Below, piece after piece: positions 1-14,210 of a DNA stretch of 64,000 nucleotides. Each line of letters starts with the position of its first letter. The first letter of the stretch is position 1. Below the pieces are notes generated by a model. It had not been told where the DNA came from and did not search any database. It worked only from the letters and a program-made list of their open reading frames with translations. The position numbers and the translations under genes are program-made. Source of the DNA: Isurus oxyrinchus. Its lineage: Eukaryota. The stretch is from assembly GCA_026770705.1 (NCBI GenBank), contig JANJGN010000034.1:4030001-4094000 (forward strand), read 5' to 3'.

Positions 1-125
1 GGACCACGGTCTCCCAGAGGGAACGTTCCCTATGGAATGCCGAAATTTGGGGTAAAGGGAAAGGTGTGTTTGGTGGTGGCATCATGCGGGAGTTGGCAGA
101 AATGGCGGAGGATGACCGTTTAAAT
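1..125 (-). mobile_element. Older fragment of the Neptune-type Penelope-like element (RT C-terminal region)
   Basis: Aligns by eye with 50500-50620 (e.g. GTGTTTGGTGGTGGCATCATGC..GAGTTGGC.GAAATGGCG) with many substitutions. Confidence 0.8.
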
Positions 126-309
126 TTGCAGGTTACTTGTGATTTCTTTTAAATCACTGGAATGAACGTCTGGTGAACGTGTTGTCCTATAACAGCTAAT
201 TGATGGAAAGTGCCTGTACTCTCTATTTAATAAACGAATGTCAGCTGACCTTATTGCAACTTTTAACATTTTCAGCGTGTTTTGCAACATCTACATTGAT
301 ACGTTATAG

Positions 310-805
310 CCATCGTTTGGCTTGATTGCAGCTCAGCATATATCAAGAAGCTCGAAACTATCTAAGACGATGCAGGCCACTTGATTGGCATCCCTTGTGC
401 ATGCATTCACTCCGACCACCACCTTGGTACTGCAGCAGCAGTGTTCACTATCTACAAGATGCATTGCAAAATCTAACGAAGGCTTTTTAGTCAACACCGT
501 TTAGAACCACGTGTGCAAGCAACTAGCAGGACAAGGGCTGCAGATACTTTTGAACAGAGCCAAATGTAGATCCTCCTCCAAGTTGCTCACCATGCTGACT
601 TCAAAATATATTGCCGTGCCGTCACTGTCACTGAAACAACATCCTGAAAAAAAACCTTCCTACAAGCATTGTGGGTTCACCTATGCCACACAGGCTGCAG
701 CGTTTCAAGATGTCAGCTCACCAACACCTTCCCAATGGAAGATATGGATTGGCAATTACTGATTGACCGCGGCCGTGATATTGACACCACAAGAATGAGT
801 AATAA
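310..805 (+). mobile_element. Decayed 3' end of a CR1-clade LINE (same family as 22200-24730)
   Basis: Shares motifs with 24280-24730 (GCAGCAGTGT..., TCACTGTC.CTG, GGCAATT...AAGAATGA tail). Confidence 0.6.
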
Positions 806-2406
806 AGCAGAGGGAGCCTAATGAAGTCAGGATGAGTGATCGTGAATTTCGAAGTGTGATTCGATGATATCTGTTCTCTCAAGTGGTGCTGTGTCTCCAT
901 TCATCTCCAGCACAGGCAGTTGTGAATGTGCATTCATTGAGTCCACTGAAGACTGAAATCGAATAACATTTGGGAACTTCGAGAATACAGGGAAATTTGA
1001 ATAGCATGGGAAATTTCTGTGGCCAACATTCAGTTCAGTCTGCACTTCCCAGCTACAGAACACATGTGACACAACCTCTTCATTTTGTTTTAATGAAGAA
1101 GACAATGATGAAGAAATAACCATCGGGGATTTAGAGTTCGGTGCACTGGAGATTGGAAAATGTCCAAGTACTATCTGGTGCTGTAAAATGCCGCATACCA
1201 TGGGCAATGAGGGTCGTTGTAGATTTTGAAAGTATAACTTTGTTTAATCAAACGTGTACAACACAATTCAGGGGTGCACTGATTGGGTAAACAAAAGTTG
1301 TCGCCAGTTCCATAACAGGCTGCAAATTTGCACTGATGTCGCAAGGTGATATCATAATGAGGAGAGCTCTGTAACAAGAATGGAGCGAAACTATGCATAT
1401 CCCAGTAAGGACCTGTATAATATCAGCATATCTTCATATTAAATGGTGTTCATCACCAGAAAATTCAGATTGATCTGGCCATTTTGTTATTTATTAAACG
1501 TTCTTTTCTATTTCATAGCTGAAGGGTTTTAAAACAAATACAGGAAGGTGAAAGTCACCTGTTTGCGGGCATCACCTAGCGTGGGGTTACAGTCAGATAA
1601 GAATTGTTACTTATTTAAATTGCCAAACTGGAGAATTAAGAAACAAATTCTTCCAATCAATTCGCCAGGAAGGTGTGAGACCTAATTTAAATTTAACTTG
1701 AGCAGAAGGTTTAGGGCGACTTTACAGCCATTTCATGCCTAGATGGTGTAATCCATAACAAAGGTCACAAGTTGTGTGGCAGCAGACAGCATAGTTTGGA
1801 TAGTATGCCCGCCATACTCCATAATGGTTTAACCATGAGAAGTGCACACTTTGCACAACCGCCAAATGCAACCCTCCACTCTTCCACCACATCTCTTCTA
1901 CCCACTTCATACTTCACCCATTCAATATTTCAATATCCTTAAACAAATACAGGATTAACAATAAGTAATTCATCGAATTCCTCCCTGGTCCTATCTTGTG
2001 ATCAGAAGAATTTTAATCACCCCTTTTCCTACATTAACATTAAAACATATTACATATTTGATACCAAATTTGCCCGATTCACCACCGTTGACGGCGCTAG
2101 AGGATGCATGCCAGAGGCTCATGAATCACTTGGAAAATATGGCCTGGCTACAAGCAGACCTTCCTATATTACGTGGCTTTGATCAATCTGTATTTTTCGT
2201 TGACACCTGTAAATTTGAGATGATATCTCCATGAGCACTTTAATGGGTCTATAGGACTGTATCAGCCCAAAAAAAGTTCAATTGAATTTCTAAGTAGTGT
2301 AGAATGTAAAGGGTTGTCTCACCCGAAATCAGCATCATACCCGTCAGTCGGTGTGGTTTGAAATTGAAGCTGTCAAACTTTATGCATTTTCACGTTTAAT
2401 TTGCAG

Positions 2407-2433
2407 AAAGGACACTGAATGAAACGAGTCCAG
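2407..2433 (+). CDS. Candidate 27-nt phase-1/phase-1 micro-exon, (E)RTLNETSP
   Basis: TTTAATTTGCAG acceptor and CAG|GTTAGA donor; only the phase-1 frame is open. Confidence 0.25.
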
Positions 2434-5049
2434 GTTAGATTTATTATGCCTTTGTTTTCATATTTATCCATGTTTGATTTTCCCTTGTGGTTGGCCTTAG
2501 ATGCTGAACATTAAATGCAAATGACAGAAACAGTGATTAAGTTAAATGGTATCGGTTAGATGCCACCATCCACACCCTATTCCTGGGTTGAGATGGGAAT
2601 TTCAGTCTTATCAGTTGCAAGTCTGCTCTCTACTCTGAATGCAAAACCTGGAAAGCGAACGAGGAATTGAGTCCTCACAAGATTGGGGAAAAATTAATTG
2701 CTCAATTTGTAAAGCGACGAGCCTTTTGTCTTATCAACATTCCATGAGATTACATGGCTAAAAAGTAACAGCTACAACAGCAACAAAAGACGACATTCGT
2801 TGACCTTAATATGTTATATCAGATATTAGCGTTGGTTACATTGTATGGAAATGGATGTCTAACAGAGTATATAACAGGTTTGAAAGCAATGCCAGCTTTT
2901 CAGTGTTATCGCCCGGGGACATTTTTTTATTTAACTTTTTATGTAACTGTTAGCTCTTGCAGTAGAAAATATAAAGGGAACGTTAGAGACCTTTTGCCTT
3001 GCACTGTTATTAATCTTTCATATAATTTTGCTTCAATTTACTGAAATCAGACTTTTTGATATTGTATTTCTGAAACTAATTTATCCAAAATTGCCTAATG
3101 AATGGAAAAAAAAATAAGAATGTTTTTTTTTTATTTTGTTAAAGCCTGCGATGTTCCATTGAGTGGCTGCTGTCAGTCCCTGGGAATAGTGTTGTTGTGG
3201 TATGTTAGTATTGACCTGACATTGTGTGTTGTCACTAGAGAAATGTTTTGCATATTAATTTGAACAATTTAAAAAATCGACTGCTTTCTAAGTTCCATGT
3301 ATGGCATATCAGGACGGGCATAGACTGAAATATGTGATGCCACATCTTATTTAGTAGAAATCGTCCAGTGCTACAGAAAAAAAAAACTAGAAATGCTGAG
3401 ATTGTCCTTCAAGCGCATGAAAGTTTCTGCTATGCCAGGTAATGCATTTAAAGATGCTAGAGATATTTTGGAGTAAATAGGTCGTAATTGGAAGCTGATC
3501 CATTGAAAATAAATCAACGATTTTAAATAATTGACACACTCACTTAAAATTACCAGCTGATAACTTCATAAAGCAGTGACTGTTAACAAAGGAACAGTCA
3601 ACCACAACGCTGGTTTATTTGGATGTCTGTTTTGAACTATGGAAATCTTCCTTGAATGCAGCTAATGTACGGTTAAGTGGCCTTCAAAGTGGCAATGCTG
3701 CCAGTAAGTGTTCATGCTGAGGGTGATTGCACGATTATGAGCCCCTTAAGCAACGTTTTTCGAATTGCATTCATTGCTTATAATGCATAGGCTCGGGGCA
3801 GCTTTTCTAAAATAGCTTATAATAGATTATTACCAATTGGTAGCAATCAAGAAATGGCTCGTTAAACAATAAGTTTAGGACACACGACGGTAAAATATTT
3901 CACTGAGATAAAAAAATCGTTCCGAATTACTTTTGGACATGAAGCTCACCCGAAAGAGCCCTGCTTCCAAACCTGAGGACTAATTGATGCTGTACTAATC
4001 CGCTAATTGTTGGCCCTCGCTCATTCTGTTTATGCGACCTGGATCATGAGAAAGAGTACAACAGGGAGAATGTGAAAAACATCATGCAGGAAAATAATGC
4101 GTCTTGTAAAGCAACACCAACAACAATAATAACATTGCATTTTGAGACTGAGTGTAAGTTATATAACACTACATAATTTCTCCGACGCAGAAATAGGTTA
4201 TCTGATGCAAGAGTGGCATGCTGGTGTTTATACTCCACTCGAGCAACCTCCCGCTCTTTCTCAGCTAAATGAATTATCATAATTATATTCCATACTTCCC
4301 AATTGTTTTGTCTGCATTCTCCTTACATTAAATTATTGTTTGCACCTCAACAAATTTGTACATGCACAGTCTCACCATCCTTTGTGTAAATACATGTCTA
4401 CAGAAGTGCCCTTTGGATTTTTTTGTTCACTTCATTAAGCGTGGCTTCACATTCTTTTAGAAAGCCTTTATTTTTGGTCTTCGCTACAACTGAAACTATC
4501 TTTGCTTATAATGTTCTCAAAGTGTCTATCTTAGTTTAAATACTTGTATTTCGTCACCGTCACCGATCCCTTTTCAAGAGAAAGTTCAATAGAGATGCAA
4601 GAATGAACATAAAGGGGATATTTCTGAATACACAGAACATGTACATTCCAATGAAACGGTAAACAATTCCAGTCGAGGACGCAACATCCGTGGTTAACTG
4701 TTTTTTTTTTAAAGTAAACAATGGTTTCAAACTTAAAGAAGACAATAACATATAATTGTGGAAAAATGAATGGCAGGTCAGAATATGGGACACAAGACAA
4801 GTAATTGCTGAAAGATCAATACTGACTGGGGAAAACGAGATTTTGAAAAAAAAGTTAGCTAGAAACATAAAAAACCTTTCATTCCATTAAAAAATAACAA
4901 AGTGAGCGTTCCTCCAATTGCAATTGAATTTCAGCAAATCAGAATGTTAAATAAAGGGATGACATATGAATGGCACAGGCATTTTTCATCATTGTTCTCA
5001 AAATAAGATTGAAATAACACCTCAGATGTAGCAACAAATCATGTGTTTG

Positions 5050-5165
5050 AAGAGAGGTAAGCAAGATATTTACAATTGCCAGGAAAGTGCTACTGATCAA
5101 ATTGTTGGAGCTGCAGGTTGACAATTCCCCGGGCTCCGATTGACGTCATACTCGTGTCTGAAAAT
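5050..5165 (+). mobile_element. CR1 ORF2 fragment
   Basis: Degenerate match to the KSPGPDGxHPRVLKE pre-RT motif (GACAATTCCCCGGGCTCCGATTGA...). Confidence 0.55.
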
Positions 5166-5199
5166 AAATGCCTGATGCAACAGTTGCTGCCTCTTGTCG

Positions 5200-6740
5200 C
5201 ATTGCCCTCTTCACAGCTTTCTTTTCTATCTATTTTTCAGTCATCAGCAAATTTTCCATCCTAATCTCGGCATCTTGACCCAGCCATTTTTATTAACTAT
5301 TTTCAAAATATACGTCCCAAGCATTGATTCCTGTCCCTGATCCCTGAACGCTTTTCGTCAAATAATTTGGTGCCACCGCGAATTCAGAACTTTTAGTTCT
5401 GATTCTAACGTCCAAAGTGTTCAGAAAATCATGATCGGCAGTTCGCCCTGCAAGTTAATTGCATAAGATTCCATGTCACATCCTGCCTGTCTGAATTGCA
5501 TCACTTTAAGTAGCTCACTGTTTTCTGTATCGAATGTATCTTCCAACTGGAATATATATGTGTTCACCCATGGAGTCTCACTCGTGTTTATTTCGTTCTT
5601 TCTTATCAGCAGGACGTTTTTTTTTTATTGGCTTTCTGCACTCTTGTGAATATGGGGATACGTGTGAACCCTGCTGTTTTACATTGCTGGTCGCCAATCC
5701 TTTGACCCATTTAATTTTCCCAAGTTCTATCCCAAGACGTTCAAATTCAGGGATCATCCATCCTGATGAATTAGTTTCAGTCATGCTTGTAACCTTTTAG
5801 TTTAACATCTTAAATCAGAAGATGACGATGTTGATTGATGGTGCTGATTTCATTGTAGTTGATGTTGATAACGTTTAGTATTATTATTGTTATTATTATT
5901 ATGTTTGCTTTGTTATTATTATTATTGTTATTATTATTTCTGTAAGTACTAGTTGTAGTAGTATCCGTTTGTCACTATTGTATAGTTTCCCCACACTTCT
6001 ATTTCTCTTGCCTGCTCTGGTCCATTTTCTATTCGTGTGTGCAAAAGCTCATCGCCACATTTAACATGCCATGTTAGAAAATATAGCTTTTCATATTTGA
6101 GTGATTATATTCCATTCTTCACATTTACCTATTACTTTTACTAATTAATATCGCGAATTTTGAAGCCCATAATAATTCTCTGCGCTTCAGTATATTCCAT
6201 TATTTGTCAGACTGCTGTTTTCCTCCACATTTAATTTTTATGTGGCCTGTTGATTGTGCACACTGTTCAGTTTGGACCTTGGTTACGATGAATTTGTTGC
6301 TGTTGATGAGGTTGATGACGTTAATGATGATGATGATGATTATTATTATTGTCATTTTTTCAATCCAAATGCTGTTCATATTTGCATTGCTGATAGCTGT
6401 GTCTTTGAAAGAAAAAAATTGATATCATTATTTTTTCCCAAATAGCTAAAGCGACTCCAATTCCTGTTTCTCCTTTTTTTCCCTCTCTGAGAATGCTGTA
6501 CCCGCAACATTTTTGTACTATTCCTCATTGTTTAAGGGAACATGTAAACCCCCAGCAGTCCTGATTCCCTCCAAAACGTAATTTCCCCCAGTTCCACTTT
6601 TCTACTGCAGTTTTTAGGAATTCCTCTGACGTTGTGTATAATCTCTTTTTAATACACTTGTTTTACCAAGCTATGCATTCCCTTTCTTTCAATTTCTTCC
6701 CCATCTTTATTCTTTCCTATGCTGTCGTTAAGTGCTTTAT
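5200..6740 (-). mobile_element. Very decayed CR1 ORF2 (endonuclease/linker) fragments interrupted by low-complexity DNA
   Basis: Remnant motifs on the minus strand (e.g. GGAAAATTAAATGGG, CTGGGGGAAATTACG) resembling other CR1 copies in this window. Confidence 0.4.
5850..5940. repeat. Degenerate (TAT/TGT)n microsatellite
   Basis: Seen directly. Confidence 0.85.
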
Positions 6741-7559
6741 CATTACTTAGTTATCATCTCTTTTGTTTATCACTGCCCCCATCCTGCATGTTTAAATAAT
6801 ATATAATCTTCGTATTTAATCATTTTTTTCGTTTGCACAAATGTCTCATAGTTCTATGCGGGAGGTCATGCTATGATTGCTGTTCCTCAAATTCCCGTAT
6901 CCAATGAAAACAAATTACTCTTTCCCACAAGTATCTTTTAGCCACTAGTTAATTATGCTGAACACTCCTTGAAATGCCAATTGTGACGTACCTTGGCAGT
7001 AATCCCATAGTCATTGAAACATAAACTACTCAATAGTCAGTTATCAAATATAAACATGGCTTAATATCTTGAAGAAATGCTGAAATATTGTAGCAGTCCC
7101 ATTTTGGGAGAAATGTCTATCCATTTATTGGCACGTCCCCATTAAAGCAGAAATGTTGAAGAAAAATTGGAGGTGGCTGCCACGCAATGCAATCGTCTCA
7201 TATATTCTGCCTTGTGTCTTGAAAATGCTGGTAATATTGAAGTCAACCAAACTGAACCTTTTATGTCGATACCTCGCCCTTTTCTAATTCCACATCCATT
7301 AAGATCGTGAATTTATATCTACAGCGTAGTGCCTGCATTCGTTAGAGGATAAGCCTCAGTTGTGAGTATTAGTTATGTGAATGTGAACCTCAGCAGTTGC
7401 GTGATTTTGACAGTAAGTGCATGAGGGAAGTTCTTGAACTGAAGTTTCCTAGGAGATGAACCCTCACAAAACATAAAAGTGCTGAGGGGAAGCGTTTAAA
7501 TTAAGCATGTGAAGAATGGAAATAGGAAACAAAAATTTGGCCAATAGTACTCAAAAGGG

Positions 7560-7810
7560 CAATTTATCGATGAACTTTTTTTTTGCAGGCACGATGCTTC
7601 AAGACTATTGTTTCTTTCGAGCTCTCTTTCTTAAAAGGTGGAATAACCTGTATATTTGAATCTTTTTTTTTATTGCCGGGGAGATATTTGAGGGTTATCG
7701 GGGCAACTTTCAATATGGGTATCTTGCTATAATCAGGTCATGCATCATCAGATTGAATTGTGGAACAGGATCGGGGACCCAAGTTGCTTACTCCTGCTCC
7801 TAATTAATAT
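7560..7810 (+). mobile_element. CR1 3' end
   Basis: Tail ...GAATTGTGGAACAGG...CTTACTCCTGCTCCTAATT resembles the CR1 3' ends at ~26000 and ~34980. Confidence 0.5.
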
Positions 7811-8164
7811 GTTCGTATCTAATACCTGCCCAATTTTAACTTTAATTCTTCTGAATGGAATATGGATGCAGGATATCCACCCTGGACACACGTGAAATAT
7901 TACATAAAAAGTTTGTGATTGAGGCTTAAATAAAATAAATTCCATTCATTGTGTCAGTTGGATTGATGCAATTATTGAAACTATAACAAAATTCACTTAT
8001 GTCAATAGGTGAGAATGTATTAATTACCCTATACGTGATCTGGAAGTATTTATCTCTGAATGTTCAGCTGTATTCAAGGCAAACTCCGCTAAATGCCGTA
8101 CAACTTCATTCATTATTTTCAAAGATTTCATTATCTGAATGCCATACAATGTGTCTTTTTTCAG

Positions 8165-8194
8165 GCAAGACTTCGTGTTGTTCCCTAGAAGCAG
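8165..8194 (+). CDS. Candidate 30-nt phase-1/phase-1 micro-exon, (G)KTSCCSLEA
   Basis: TGTCTTTTTTCAG|G acceptor, CAG|GTGACT donor, open frame, length divisible by 3. Confidence 0.35.
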
Positions 8195-9049
8195 GTGACT
8201 ATCTGTTATTTATCTTTATTAGCAAATGTTTTCCCTCTGCTTGGCAATTGCTGGCAAAATACTTAATATGCAAATAGCGCACACGCCTCAGACTGGGAAG
8301 TCATTTGCAATGTGCTATCAGTTTAATTGGAATAAAATGGGCGTGGGGCCGGAGTGGTGGTGGGGGGAGGTGGTGGGTTGGGAGCGGGTGGCGGTGGTTC
8401 TTGGGGGTGGAGGGAATGTGGGTTCGGGAAACATGATCAGTTTGCTGTGTAGAACAATGTTTTTGAAGGAAACCTTCTTTGCACAAAATAGCTTTCGGTG
8501 ATATCCTTCTTAGCGACATGTTCTGATTCAGTACTTTCATGTATTTTAGGAAACAACCACGATTGGGAAAATGTCATATATAAAGTTCACTTGCGAATAA
8601 ATGTTCATGTACATGATGAAAATGAGTAACTGATCTTCAGAGATAGCTGGGGCAGGCTATTGCTGGAAGAATGAATGACCTGATGCCCACAATAAAGTCA
8701 ATAGAAAACAAGATATCATTTACAAATTATGCAGAGAGTAAAAATGGGCATTATTCGTATGGAATGCAAAAATAAAATAGAAAAAAAATCTGATTGCAAT
8801 GAAAGCCCTTTCAAGTGTATAGAAATTGCAGCTCTTTGTAATAACTGACTGGGCTTTTATTCGCTAAGTACACGAATGGACATTATTTAAAACAAACATG
8901 GCGACATCGACTCCCTTCTAAACGAGATAATCTACAATTTATGTGTCTGAAGTGTTGATTTGAACATTTGGGTTCACCTGCCCATGCCATCCGCAGCTCA
9001 GTTTTAATTCCTGCACCCGCCGACTGACAATATAATCGCTGAAATTTCC

Positions 9050-9063
9050 ATTGCCATGGAAAC
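9050..9063. promoter_or_regulatory. RFX X-box-like palindrome ATTGCCATGGAAAC
   Basis: One mismatch to the GTTNCCATGGNAAC consensus, within a relatively CpG-rich non-repeat patch (8990-9310). Confidence 0.25.
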
Positions 9064-9689
9064 AAATTCACTGCCCTGCTCGACTGCAGACCTGCTGCAA
9101 TGTTGCCCTGCTGCCGGCATTGGCGTTAGGATTAAACACTCTGATGGTGATACACATTGGGTGTAAAAGCTAAAAAAAAGCCACGGCTCTATTTTGAAGA
9201 TTAATGTACGAGTATTTATCTGGAGCGTGATAACATCAATATTTAATATAAAACAGCTGCAATGCATTGCTGCTCGTTATAATGTTCCAGTCCGCTGCAC
9301 AATGGAGGGACAGGTGGATGCTTGGTTTCTTTCGTTTACAGCCCTGAGTAATATACGATATTAATATTTGTTTCAAAGGATTTTGCAGCTTCGAATTCTT
9401 TTTTTCTGTGTTTCCTGTGTGAAGTTTCACATTCAATTTTAAATCAGCCTTGCCTGAGGCGTGAGTGAAATGCAAGACTTATTTCATGTTGCGTTTGCAA
9501 TTTTGTCCCCCAAAACTTTAATCTACTGCATACTTTTAGAAATGATGAGTTTTGAAACAGAAGCTACTATTAAATGTTTTGCACCTGAAGTTAAGACGAA
9601 TGAGGATGCTGAAAAAATACTGGAATATGCACAGAAGTTAATGATAATTAATGGGGTGAATATTTATAGTTAGGATGCAGAACAAAACG

Positions 9690-11200
9690 GCTTGTGTTCA
9701 GAATAAATGCGTTACCTGGTCCGGATGGATTTTATCACAGACTGATAATTATCATGAATGTGGAGATAGCATAATTCCTTTCCCTAATTTATGGACTTCC
9801 CTGGTTATGGGCGAGGTTCTAGAACAGTGGATGGTGGCAAACATGATACTTTTGTTAAAAAAAAATCATTAAAGACAGTTTTGGAATATAATAAATGGCC
9901 AGTTTAACATATCTGGATGGTCATCATTGCGAAAGATAATCATGGAGAAAGCGACAAGCATTTGGATATGTTTGCATCAATTAACGTGTTGGGGCGAGGG
10001 GAGCAGAAAATCCAACAAAACAGCTTCTTCCTGGCAAAGCTAATTAAATTATTTACTCACACAACGTATAACTTACATGTAGCTGATGTTGTCTATATGC
10101 AACTTCAAGAGTGTTTGGAAAAAGCACCAACAAAAATGCTTGATTAACACAATTCAGCTGCACGGAAGAGGAAAGCAATTGTCAGCTTGGAGTGGGAAAA
10201 AAAACATTTTAACAAGAAAAAAGAGCGTACATTAGTTAACTGATTTTATTTTCCATGCCATTGTAGTAGACGATTGTGTTTAAGAAGGACCAGGGCCAGC
10301 ACTGGTGTTTTATGATGTACACTTGCTTCGTCGAATACAGAGTAAAATACAACATCTCCTGAACATTTCAAACGGGGTGATGTCGGAAAGAAGGAGGATG
10401 TTATGAATCGACTGCAACCCGAGTAATTGAATTAATAGAAATGTCCCAGATGGAAATTATCACGCAGAGGTTGACGTTGTGCACTTTGTCTGAAATGTTA
10501 GAGAAGGATAGCATAGACTAATTGATGGATTTATGAAGAGCTTGCAAGTACAATTGGAGCTAGGTGTTAGTTATGACAGACCTTTACAAGTGACAGAACA
10601 TATGGACCGAGTATTGGATGTTAACGATCACAGAGAGAGCCTTTCAAAGAAAATCAGGGGCTAAGTGCTGAAAATTATTATGTGCAATTTAGACTGCAGC
10701 ACAAAACTGTATAGTTACGTAAGCCACTGTTGAAAATTCAACAGAATATTTTAAAAACGGACGAATTTAAGAAGGGCATTTGCAAGAAGTGTTCCAGGAT
10801 TGAAGGCTTCAGCTAAAATGTTCCATCCTTGAAGAATCGGCTGCCTTTGTTGGAGCAAAGGAACTTAAAGTAGAGTTTGTAGAAGAGTGGTATTGAATAA
10901 CAGATTTGAAAAACTAAAGACAGAAATGTTGTTCCCATGAACAGATATCACAAGGGTTACGGGAGGTGGATTAAAAGTTTTGTCAAAAGTTGCTGTGTCA
11001 GTGCCTGAGGAAGATATGTTTTGGGCAGTATTTGTTAATGGATTCGAACTCGTACCAGTTGATGAAGCAGAGACACACACTGATTAAATAAGCAAATCCG
11101 ATAGCCGCATCTACTGGAATTTAGTTATAGTGACAGGCTACATAATTGTCTATGATTCTGCGCAGGAAGCTGGCAAGTACTCCATAGTTAGACAGCTTCC
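9690..11200 (+). mobile_element. Heavily decayed CR1 ORF2 (RT region to 3' end)
   Basis: Remnants such as VLEQWMVANMILLLKK (cf. VPEDWRxANVxPLFKK) and ADVVYMQLQECLEK (cf. VDVVYMDFQKAFDK) in the ORF track. Confidence 0.7.
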
Positions 11201-11949
11201 TTCGGTGCCATTACAACCCTGTCAATTTAGAACATAACTTTTGAACCTGCTTCCACCCCAGCTTCAGACAATAGCTATCCAGGTTTTCCAACATATGTTC
11301 TTCTCCTGACCTTCCACTGCTTTACAAATTGTTTTAAGTCGATGTTACTTGGTTATTATTGCACCTGTGACTGGAGGTAAACGCCGGAAATAAAATTGTT
11401 TAAGAAAAACAAACACGCACAACTGGCAGAGTATGCAATTGCCGGCAACAACATGACACGAATGCTCGAAATTGGAAGAAAAAGATTCGCAATTTTGTAA
11501 GGAGGTTTTGAATTGATTACTGCAACAGATGGATCATTATATCGAACAGTGCTGACGAGTTACCAACTTGAATCGTACATTTCCAGGATGATCCGAATAT
11601 ATTTCATCCAGCCATGTAACCGCAATTCTAACAGCCAGCAAGTTCAATTGCTATAAGTATTGAGCACGTCACTGAAAAATTGACTGAGAAAAAGGCAGGA
11701 ATCAGCAACTAATCTCTCGCTATAAAGTTCTCTGACATGTTCTGCAGAGTTGTTGTACACAGCTGGTGAAGTGACTCTACAGTGGTGTTGACATTTTGCA
11801 TCCAGATCTGAACTCCGGCGTTGTTCCCGAAACTCCGAATAGGCATTCTCACCGAACGTGATCAATTGTAATGCAATGTACTGACAACTGTAATAATTGT
11901 CAATGGGCTAACACAACCAGATAACGGCTAATCCAAAATGACTATTAAC

Positions 11950-12160
11950 CGGATTGGAGACATGGCACGTTTTAGAATGAGAAAATAAAATGTAGGATTA
12001 ATAAGAGGATGCTCTTGCACCCAGCACATGGTTTCCACTAGAGCACATCGATAAGAAATATCAAGAGTACAATGCACCCTTGGACCTATGCTTTATTGAC
12101 TTGAGCAATGCTTCTGAGAGACAAACTTCACCGTTAATCTGGAAAATGATCTCATCCTAT
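11950..12160 (+). mobile_element. RTE-like LINE RT fragment
   Basis: EYNAPLDLCFIDLSNAS at ~12065-12115 resembles the RTE motif E(Y/F)NxPLYxCFIDxxKAFD. Confidence 0.5.
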
Positions 12161-12199
12161 GAAGGATATAAGAGTAGAGGAGTGTCGGTAGATCTGTAT

Positions 12200-12800
12200 C
12201 TTCCTTCATGAAATTGCATCTGCAGTACTGAGTACAATTTTGTTCTTCTTACTTAGGAGGATGTTCGTAGAAAGTTCACCCGACAGATTCCTGGGATGAG
12301 GGGGGTTTCCTACGAGGAAATTTTGAACAGTTAGAGACTATAACCATTAAATTTAATTAAATGCGAGGTGATTCCACTGAAGAATGTTATATCCTGACAG
12401 CTATTGAAATGGGGGGTTGTAGCATTATGTTTCATCTTTTCGGGATTTTAGAACTAGGACATGTAGTTTTTTTTTTATATGGAAATAGGCTCACTTTGTA
12501 GGCTGGCACCTGTGTTATTTATTTGTCTGAGAGGGTAGTTAACCCGTGGAACCCTCTTGTGAAAAGAGCAGTGCAAGCTGGGTAAAATAATGCATGCAAG
12601 TCCGAATTATATGCAATATGGTACGGCAAGGGAGTCAAAGGTTAAGAGTGTAGACACAAAGGCGGGTGTGAAACCACAATTACATCGGGGGTGGTGTGGG
12701 TGTGGTGGGGGGGGGGGGGTGCGGGTGGGGGTTGCGGGGTGTTGGGGGACTGCCTCGATGTGCCCGAATGCCTACCCTAGTTTTGCATATTCATAGTGAA
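12200..12800 (+). mobile_element. CR1 3' region
   Basis: TACTGAGTACAATTTTG, AAGTTCACCCGACAGATTCCTGGGATGAGGGGG and GAGAGGGTAGTTAACCCGTGGAAC are typical CR1 ORF2 C-terminal remnants. Confidence 0.65.
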
Positions 12801-14210
12801 TGTTGTTTTTTGTGGACTGGGTGAGATAAGGTTGCTGCTTCTCTCCCCTTCCTTTCATTATCGCCATTTACTGGGTATTCTGGGTATTAAGTGTGTTAGC
12901 AAAGGATAATTCGTCTTGAAATGTATCAGTTATGGTAAACTAATGACGTTTTTGAAGACGCCATTGCACTGAGATACAGTACAACAGGTTTGCAGCAACT
13001 CAGCAACTCAACCAGTAGTGATGTTGATTGAATGAGAATCACTGCAAATTCCAAGGAAAAAATGACAACATGGTAATATTGAAGATAGCAAGCAACTAAA
13101 AGATACCTATGGCAATCGAGGGTTAGTTAATATTGGATGACAAAATTATCAGGCAGTCCCATTAATATCCAGGGAACCATGGACAAAAAAAAAAGAAACT
13201 GAAGCAGAAAATAGGTAAAACAACATTCCCTTTCAAACCTTTCGGAAAGAAAATAATGTAAAAGTGAATAGATTTCCATGAACTCAAATCTTACATTCTA
13301 CAGTGCAAATAGGCTCTTTACTCTCCAGAACAGTTAGGAGCCTTACAAAATGAAAGATTGTCAATTAATGAAACTGGCTGCCATTGCTGCCACACCTCCT
13401 GGAAGAATTGTATATGCACACAGGAGTGATTTTACATATAACCCGGAAGTAAGAAAACAAAAGAAAAGTCATAAGTTTAATTCATGATCTGTAAAATACT
13501 GTGCAGCTTTCATGGCCAAGGCACCCGATCTTCATCATTAAGGGCTGCAAATCAGGAAAGGTTCTGCCCTCTTGCTAGATTTAGAAGGAGGGTTTGCTAA
13601 AGTTGCACTTGATTGAGCCAAGAGTCGAGATTTCCATCTGGTCAACAGACCTGGAATATTTCTGTTGAGAAATCAATGTGGAAGGCATTCTCTGCCTTAA
13701 GAGTCCCTAGAGGCGGAGTCGTGTAAAGGATAAATGACCCTGTTGCACGAGTAAAACATCCTCCCTTAAACTATAAAAATATTCCATTATCCAGAACATC
13801 TCTGTAAAAAATCAGTTTTGCCTTTTCCGCTTTGAAATTACACATTCATATTGAGTCTGTGTCTCCTGGTAACAAAGACCTACCAGCCTTCGTATCGTTC
13901 CATGTAATCTCATTTAAAGCATCTGTATGTCTTTGACTATCATTGTTACTTTTGCTGCCCAGAAGTGTGTAGTAAACGCTTCAGATGGAACCTAACAAAT
14001 ATCTCGTAAAAAGATAATGTAACCCTTTTTTTTGTAACTGAGGCTGCTATGTTGAGAGGCAATAGTCCCCTATCGTTATCTTAGATTTCTGAAATGCATT
14101 TTTCTATGTAGTTCCGCCTCTAACCTCGTCAGAATTGCATAACTTAACTAATCAGTCATTCTGACTTCATTCCATAAATGTATTTATAAATGTCTACTTT
14201 TTTCCCCCAG

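Noticed and set aside
827-1398. Overlapping minus-strand ORFs (126 aa and a Cys-rich 75 aa)
   Set aside because: No recognisable domain and no convincing splice pair; a faint ADAMTS-like look is not supportable.
1519-1547. 29-nt exon-like segment; similar cases at 15077-15104 (28 nt) and near 59672 (ELSIEDE, no GT donor)
   Set aside because: Not frame-preserving, phase-incompatible with neighbouring candidates, or lacking a donor.
5141-5148. CRE palindrome TGACGTCA (also at 21961 and ~31637)
   Set aside because: The sites lie in or beside TE relics, and a few 8-mers are unremarkable in 64 kb.
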